Positions 56,685 through 62,008 of a stretch of DNA of 62,008 bases are shown piece by piece (positions within the stretch are counted from its first letter, which is position 1; every line of letters begins with the position of its first letter). The stretch is from Deltaproteobacteria bacterium (GTDB taxonomy: Archaea; Thermoplasmatota; Poseidoniia; Poseidoniales; Poseidoniaceae), in contig JAOMAZ010000004.1 of the NCBI GenBank assembly GCA_028344335.1, positions 1 through 62,008 of the forward strand, in the 5' to 3' direction. The position numbers were made by a program, and so were the translations under genes. The notes beneath the pieces were generated by a model. The model was given only the letters and a program-made list of their open reading frames with translations, did no database searches and was not told where the DNA came from.

Positions 56685-57817
56685 CCTTACAACATGATGA
56701 CCATTCAGCTGTATCTCCTGGTCGTCCTGGATCAGGGGTATTTCCAGACTCTCCACTTGGTGAGAATGTTGAGGGCATCCCTACTGGTCGTGATGTAGAA
56801 TGGGAGCCATTGGTTGATTATCGTCGAAACGGGGTTTCTGAAACTACCATTCATGGTGCCGTTGCTTGGGCTCATGGTGATGAGGTCATCCATTCCTTTG
56901 GTGGCAATGTCCTATGTTATGGTCGCTCGATGATGAAGCCATTCATGTTGAAGGCTTTTTGCGAGGTCTTGGATGATGAAACTGATTGGTCGCAAAAGGC
57001 CATTGCCGTGGCTAGCCATAATGGCGATACCGAGCATGTTGCTGCTGCGCAGAGTTTGTTGTCTGAATCCGAATGGGGCTTGATGTTAACACCTCTTGAT
57101 GTACCGCTAATTCAATTTGGTCGCCAAGTTCGGCGTCCTCGACGTTGGTATCATACCTGTAGTGGTGAGCATGCTGCTATACTGAAAGGCTGCCGTTTGA
57201 AAGGTTGGAAGCGGGCTGGATATACCTTGCCAAGCCACGAAGTATTCCTCTCGTTCATGAAAACTATTCGCAGTTTTCTTGGTCAAGACTGGCAACCAAA
57301 GCGCATCGCCAAAGATGGTTGTGGCCTGCCAACAATTTCCAATACCGTCAATGAATTAGCTCGCTTATGTGCTGGACTAGTGCGACAAAAGGATGATGAT
57401 TGGATTTGGTCTGCTATGGTAGAACATCCTGATTTGATAGGTGGTTTCAATCGCCTCGACTCAACCATTATCAAAGCCGGCGAAGGAAAAGTTATCGCCA
57501 AAGAAGGGGCAGACGGCCTGCTGGGTTTGTCAATAGAACACCCAGACTACCCAAAGGGATTGGGAATCGTGGTAAAAATTGCTCACGGCTGGAACTCCCA
57601 AGCAACTTGGTATGTAGCAAGGACGATATTAGGGGTCTTGGGTATTGAATTACGCAATCCGTATCCGCTACACCGGCAAAAAGCATTCATTGTACCAGGG
57701 GTTGTTCCACCGCATTTACTTGAGATTTTGAAGACTATTCCAACTTGGGATGAATGGGACCCTGATCAAGACCGCTGGCATTATGAGATTCCGACTCGGG
57801 GTGAAGGCATTGATTGA
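56681..57817 (+). CDS. Class-3 (Rhizobium etli-type, asparaginase II) L-asparaginase-like protein
   Basis: RSMMKPF, ASHNG, TCSGEH, DGCGLP, IAKEGADG, VVKIAHG; overlaps the upstream gene. Confidence 0.82.
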   Translation: MTLQHDDHSAVSPGRPGSGVFPDSPLGENVEGIPTGRDVEWEPLVDYRRNGVSETTIHGAVAWAHGDEVIHSFGGNVLCYGRSMMKPFMLKAFCEVLDDETDWSQKAIAVASHNGDTEHVAAAQSLLSESEWGLMLTPLDVPLIQFGRQVRRPRRWYHTCSGEHAAILKGCRLKGWKRAGYTLPSHEVFLSFMKTIRSFLGQDWQPKRIAKDGCGLPTISNTVNELARLCAGLVRQKDDDWIWSAMVEHPDLIGGFNRLDSTIIKAGEGKVIAKEGADGLLGLSIEHPDYPKGLGIVVKIAHGWNSQATWYVARTILGVLGIELRNPYPLHRQKAFIVPGVVPPHLLEILKTIPTWDEWDPDQDRWHYEIPTRGEGID

Positions 57818-59231
57818 AGTGTTGAATCTAATTAACGGAGAATTTGTTGCTACTGAAGAATGTGTGGAGAATCTGAATCCTGCTACTTCAAAGCAAACTT
57901 CAGTCATTCCACGTTCGACTACAAGTGATGTTGATGCCGCAGTTATCGCGGCAAAACGAGCCTTTCCTGCTTGGGCAGTTCTATCATATGAAGAACGAGC
58001 AGATTGGTTGGATAAAATCGCCGATGCTCTTGAGGCTAAGTCGGAGGAAATTGCGACTCTTGAATCAATGGATACTGGTAAGCCTATTTCTCTGGCAAGG
58101 GCTGTTGATGCTGCTCGTAGTATCACAAATTTTCGGTTTTTTGCTAAACAGGTGCGCGAGTTAGAGGTAGAACGCTTTGAGATGGAGGATGCAAGCAATC
58201 ATGTTATCATGCAACCAGTGGGAGTTGCAGGTTTGATTACGCCCTGGAATCTACCGCTGTACTTGCTATCTTGGAAAATTGCTCCGGCTATTGCAATGGG
58301 AAATACGGTAGTTGCTAAACCCAGTGAATTAACTCCCTTAACCGCTGACTTATTGGCGCGGGTATTAGTGGATGTTGGCTTACCCGCGGGTGTTGTCAAC
58401 ATTGTTCATGGCTATGGGCATGAAGCAGGCCAAGCCCTAACAGAGCATCCTGATACTCGCATTATCTCCTTTACAGGAGGAACTGCAACAGGGAAAATTG
58501 TAGCCTCTACTGCAGCCCCGATGTTCAAGAAATTAAGCCTTGAATTGGGTGGTAAAAATTCGACTATCGTCTTTGCTGATGCGGATATGGAAAAGACTGT
58601 TTCAGGAGTTTCTAGAGCTGGTCTACTAAACCAAGGACAAGTCTGCCTTTGCGGTTCTCGAATATTGGTTGAATCTTCAATTTATGATCAGTTTTTGGCA
58701 GACTTATGCGAACATATCGAAGCTATGAAACTTGGTGACCCAAGTGATGAAGATACTGAACTTGGCTCTTTGGTCTCAAAGGAACATCGCTCCAAGGTAG
58801 AATCCTTCATCCAAATCGCCAAGGACGAAGGTGGGGTCATCTGCACCGGTGGTAAGCGACCTGATTTTGAAGAAGGTGCATTCTTAGAACCTACAGTAAT
58901 TTCTGGCTTAAGCATCGACTCAACTTGCTCAACTGAGGAAATATTCGGTCCTATCGTAGTGGTACATCCTTTTGATACTGAAGAAGAAGCGGTTGCTATC
59001 GCTAATGGAGTCGAATATGGCCTTGCCGCATCGGTATGGACATCAGACCTTGAGAAAGGACGGCGGGTTAGTGAAGCCCTCGACACCGGTATGGTCTGGG
59101 TCAATACTTGGCTTCACCGAGATTTGAGAACTCCATTCGGCGGAACTAAGGCATCAGGAGTCGGCCGTGAAGGTGGTAGATGGTCGCTGTCATTTTATTC
59201 AGAGGCCCAAAACATCTGCATCAAGCGATGA
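57810..59231 (+). CDS. Aldehyde dehydrogenase, 2-aminomuconate semialdehyde dehydrogenase (ALDH8)-like
   Basis: GLITPWNLPLYLLSWKIAPA, SFTGGT, LELGGKN, NQGQVCLCGSR, EEIFGP, PFGGTKASGVGREGG; likely TTG start at 57810 after GGGGTGA. Confidence 0.9.
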   Translation: MIEVLNLINGEFVATEECVENLNPATSKQTSVIPRSTTSDVDAAVIAAKRAFPAWAVLSYEERADWLDKIADALEAKSEEIATLESMDTGKPISLARAVDAARSITNFRFFAKQVRELEVERFEMEDASNHVIMQPVGVAGLITPWNLPLYLLSWKIAPAIAMGNTVVAKPSELTPLTADLLARVLVDVGLPAGVVNIVHGYGHEAGQALTEHPDTRIISFTGGTATGKIVASTAAPMFKKLSLELGGKNSTIVFADADMEKTVSGVSRAGLLNQGQVCLCGSRILVESSIYDQFLADLCEHIEAMKLGDPSDEDTELGSLVSKEHRSKVESFIQIAKDEGGVICTGGKRPDFEEGAFLEPTVISGLSIDSTCSTEEIFGPIVVVHPFDTEEEAVAIANGVEYGLAASVWTSDLEKGRRVSEALDTGMVWVNTWLHRDLRTPFGGTKASGVGREGGRWSLSFYSEAQNICIKR

Positions 59232-59277
59232 ATTCGCTGGCAAGGCTCTTCAAGGAGTAGCCTCGCGCTTTGCTCTG

Positions 59278-60726
59278 ATGGCCCTCAATCCATATTGGGT
59301 AATGATGGGACTTATTTTGGTCCTCACCCCCCTAACTTGCTGGCTATTCACCCTCAACCAAAAGCAACGCCGAACTCCTCTCAGAGATATTGCTAGAATC
59401 ATTCACGAAAAGAGATACTACCTACACATCATGGGGTATTTAGTCATCATCAAGTGGAAGAGCTGGACTGATAATTTGAATGAACCAATGAAACGCCTGA
59501 CTGGTCATTGGACTGACTGGGTGTATGCTATCGAAGGAAATGCAACGCTCTGGGTACAAGAGTTTTTCAGAAATTCATATCTGACAGATTTCCTAAACTT
59601 CCACTACCTTTTCATCTACTTATTCTTGATTTACATAACCACCGTCTACTATGCCTATGTTGGCGAGCGTGATATGACCGATAAAGTTGCACTGAACTAT
59701 CTCCTCATCTATGCTATTGCTGTTCCATATTACCTATTCTTTAATGTTGAAGTGACTAGTTCTTGGATTCCAGGAATGGATGCCATTCTCTATCAAGATG
59801 GTTGGTATGCAGAATTCTATGCCACTCATGACCCCCTCGATAATGCGGTTCCATCTCTACACATTGCAATCCCCTTTGGAATAATTCTCCTGAATATCCT
59901 CCATGTCAGAGAAAAAGGCATGAAGATGAAAGAATGGGCCCATTATCGCTATCACGTTTTCATTGTAGCAAATACTATTTTGTTTTCTTTTGCAATCCTA
60001 TATCTTGGAATACACTGGATTATTGATATCCCATTAGGTATGGCTATTGGCGCCATTGGTGCCTTCTTTATCCATCACTTACAGCCGCGTTTGAGAAATG
60101 ACCACGGCAAGATGTTTGAAGGTGTGACAAAAGAGAAAGTTGTCCGGCATGTCATGGTTGAGGGATTCATCGGCCTAATGCTTCTTCTCAGTATCTTTGC
60201 TGCTGTTTCCTATCAAGAAGCAAATATGGATGAACGTGTTTCATTCAGGCTTGGTGAAGGAGACACAACTTACGAAATTATTCAACGTCTACATTATGGT
60301 GAGACGGTAGAAGTTGAAGTTACTAATTTGGCAGAGAATGCCGACCTCTATGTTGTTGCAATTCAATTACAAGCCGCTCTTCCCGCAATGGCTGAAGGCT
60401 CTGTAAATTGGACTAATTTAAGCGATGAAGGTGGCCAAGAAATTAGGGTATTACCTAGCCAAACTCTCAAAATCACTCTAGGCCAATCGGATGTTTGGCA
60501 TCTGATCTTGTTGCATAACCCCACTGATTCGGGTGCCGAAGTCATGGAAGTTCGGGTCCTCAATGACTATGGGAATGACTCGATGATCAATGCCTATATA
60601 CTCTCAATTCCTTCTCTTTGGATGACAGGTTTTGTCATCCATCGCCTAGTGCGCCTGAAAATAGCGAATAAGTCTCTAATCGATTCATTACCGTCTCATA
60701 AATGGCAATTTGATGAACAGGAATAA
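59278..60726 (+). CDS. PAP2-superfamily membrane protein, inositol phosphorylceramide synthase (Aur1)-like, with C-terminal soluble domain
   Basis: NAVPSLHIA and YLGIHWIID motifs; multiple TM helices; start MALNPY at 59278. Confidence 0.8.
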   Translation: MALNPYWVMMGLILVLTPLTCWLFTLNQKQRRTPLRDIARIIHEKRYYLHIMGYLVIIKWKSWTDNLNEPMKRLTGHWTDWVYAIEGNATLWVQEFFRNSYLTDFLNFHYLFIYLFLIYITTVYYAYVGERDMTDKVALNYLLIYAIAVPYYLFFNVEVTSSWIPGMDAILYQDGWYAEFYATHDPLDNAVPSLHIAIPFGIILLNILHVREKGMKMKEWAHYRYHVFIVANTILFSFAILYLGIHWIIDIPLGMAIGAIGAFFIHHLQPRLRNDHGKMFEGVTKEKVVRHVMVEGFIGLMLLLSIFAAVSYQEANMDERVSFRLGEGDTTYEIIQRLHYGETVEVEVTNLAENADLYVVAIQLQAALPAMAEGSVNWTNLSDEGGQEIRVLPSQTLKITLGQSDVWHLILLHNPTDSGAEVMEVRVLNDYGNDSMINAYILSIPSLWMTGFVIHRLVRLKIANKSLIDSLPSHKWQFDEQE

Positions 60727-60752
60727 AGGCATCCTGTAAAATTGACCACCTG

Positions 60753-61454
60753 ATGGATTCAGCCGGGGACAGTTTGGTGCTGCCGATTTTTCCCCTCGAA
60801 TGCACATTATTGCCAGGTGAGCCACAGGTCTTACGGATCTTTGAGCCACGCTACAAACAGATGCTAGATGATTGCCTACTCGACGACCTACCCTTCGGCA
60901 TTTGTTTAATCGACCCATTTCATCCGGTCAATGGCTGGACTGGCCCTCATCTGATTGGTACAACAGCAAGGATTTGCGGCCATGAAGAAGCCGGTAGCAA
61001 TCACATTATCGAGATTCAAGGACAACGAAGATTTCGAATCATAGAGATTATCGAGCCGGCTGCACCCCCGATGGATGCGATACAACACCGAGTTTTTCCC
61101 GACCTTGAATCTTTGATGGAAATGGTAGGCGGCGACGATGATGCACGTCTTTATATCCGTGCCAAGGTAGAATGGATGATAGAGCCTGAAGGAACATTAG
61201 ATGACGGTTTCAAAGCTGAATTAGAAGATATGTGGATGGCCTTTCTCTCAAATCTTGCTAAGCAAAATAGTATGCCTGAAGAAATAGTTGAAGAATGGAA
61301 AGATGCGCAATTGGCAACTGTCTGTGATTGGGATGCCTCTTCCATTTGGCGAATCGCTTCGGTATTAGTTGCTGACCCAAATGAAAAGCAATCATTACTT
61401 GAATCAGCAAGCTTAATTGAATTAGTTTCTGAATTAATGCACATTATCGATTAA
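60753..61454 (+). CDS. Stand-alone LON peptidase substrate-binding (N-terminal) domain protein
   Basis: LPIFPLECTLLPGEPQVLRIFEPRYKQML, GQRRFRI, KQSLLE. Confidence 0.88.
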   Translation: MDSAGDSLVLPIFPLECTLLPGEPQVLRIFEPRYKQMLDDCLLDDLPFGICLIDPFHPVNGWTGPHLIGTTARICGHEEAGSNHIIEIQGQRRFRIIEIIEPAAPPMDAIQHRVFPDLESLMEMVGGDDDARLYIRAKVEWMIEPEGTLDDGFKAELEDMWMAFLSNLAKQNSMPEEIVEEWKDAQLATVCDWDASSIWRIASVLVADPNEKQSLLESASLIELVSELMHIID

Positions 61455-62002
61455 GAGCGTATATCAAGGGCGAAAGCACCTGAAAATGCTCCCACAACTA
61501 GCCCAAGACCCCACCAAAAGCCAAGTCTGAATGCCGGTAACTCATGCTTACCCCAACTACCTGAAGCCATGAACCAAAACAGCACCAAAATAAAAGCTCC
61601 ACATCCAGCCATACTTGACATTAAAAATGCTAAGATAATCGTTGAAAGGCCGCCAGCCATGAAATCAAGGATCTCGCTATTGCGGCCTTGTTTGGCCATC
61701 CAAGCCGCCATCATAACAAGTCCGGGTATAGTAACGACGAGGAGTGCAACATGCATATTCCAAAGTGAATTGAGGTAGTCTCTCTCATTCCAAGGGCTTG
61801 CTAACTTACCAGAGTCAACAAGCGACTGGGAAACTAGGCCACATATTGCGCCAGTTATTGCAGGGATGATGACATGTACAAATGCTGCCTTTGAATGAAC
61901 GACATTTTGCTCATGGCCATCCATGTTCGGGGCGATGTGGGAGTCCTCAAGAAGATGTCGTATTGACAAGGTCAAAGACCTGATGTTGCCTCGGCTATTC
62001 AT
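61451..62002 (-). CDS. Hypothetical membrane protein
   Basis: Four to five hydrophobic segments; start uncertain. Confidence 0.65.
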   Translation of the reverse strand: MNSRGNIRSLTLSIRHLLEDSHIAPNMDGHEQNVVHSKAAFVHVIIPAITGAICGLVSQSLVDSGKLASPWNERDYLNSLWNMHVALLVVTIPGLVMMAAWMAKQGRNSEILDFMAGGLSTIILAFLMSSMAGCGAFILVLFWFMASGSWGKHELPAFRLGFWWGLGLVVGAFSGAFALDIRS

Positions 62003-62008
62003 GGGCGG

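Overview
This is a 62 kb chromosomal window from a marine archaeon, most likely Marine Group II / Poseidoniales (Thermoplasmatota). That placement is inferred from archaeal core genes (TFB, rpl40e, membrane LonB, archaeal AspRS, TrmI, UPF0147, A24 prepilin peptidase) together with many acidic single-pass surface proteins carrying DxDGDG repeats. The left part (about 0.5-9.7 kb) is a variable region downstream of tRNA-Ala(TGC). It contains a 56-bp duplication of the tRNA 3' end plus trailer, a full-length degenerate tRNA-Ala copy, clustered hairpins and a 27-bp direct repeat that bracket small orphan genes, but no integrase. Two repeat-rich surface proteins follow. Next come SelO, a purple-acid-phosphatase-like protein, MscS and a 4073-aa giant surface protein whose cytoplasmic tail ends in an HhH-like domain. 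The rest is mostly housekeeping, with several unusual genes: a GPI ethanolamine-phosphate-transferase-like (PIG-O/G/N) gene next to a nucleotidyltransferase, an Aur1-like PAP2 protein, a degenerate MBL-fold protein, and an overlapping LLM monooxygenase / class-3 asparaginase-like / ALDH8-like operon. All calls come from reading motifs by eye; no database searches were run.
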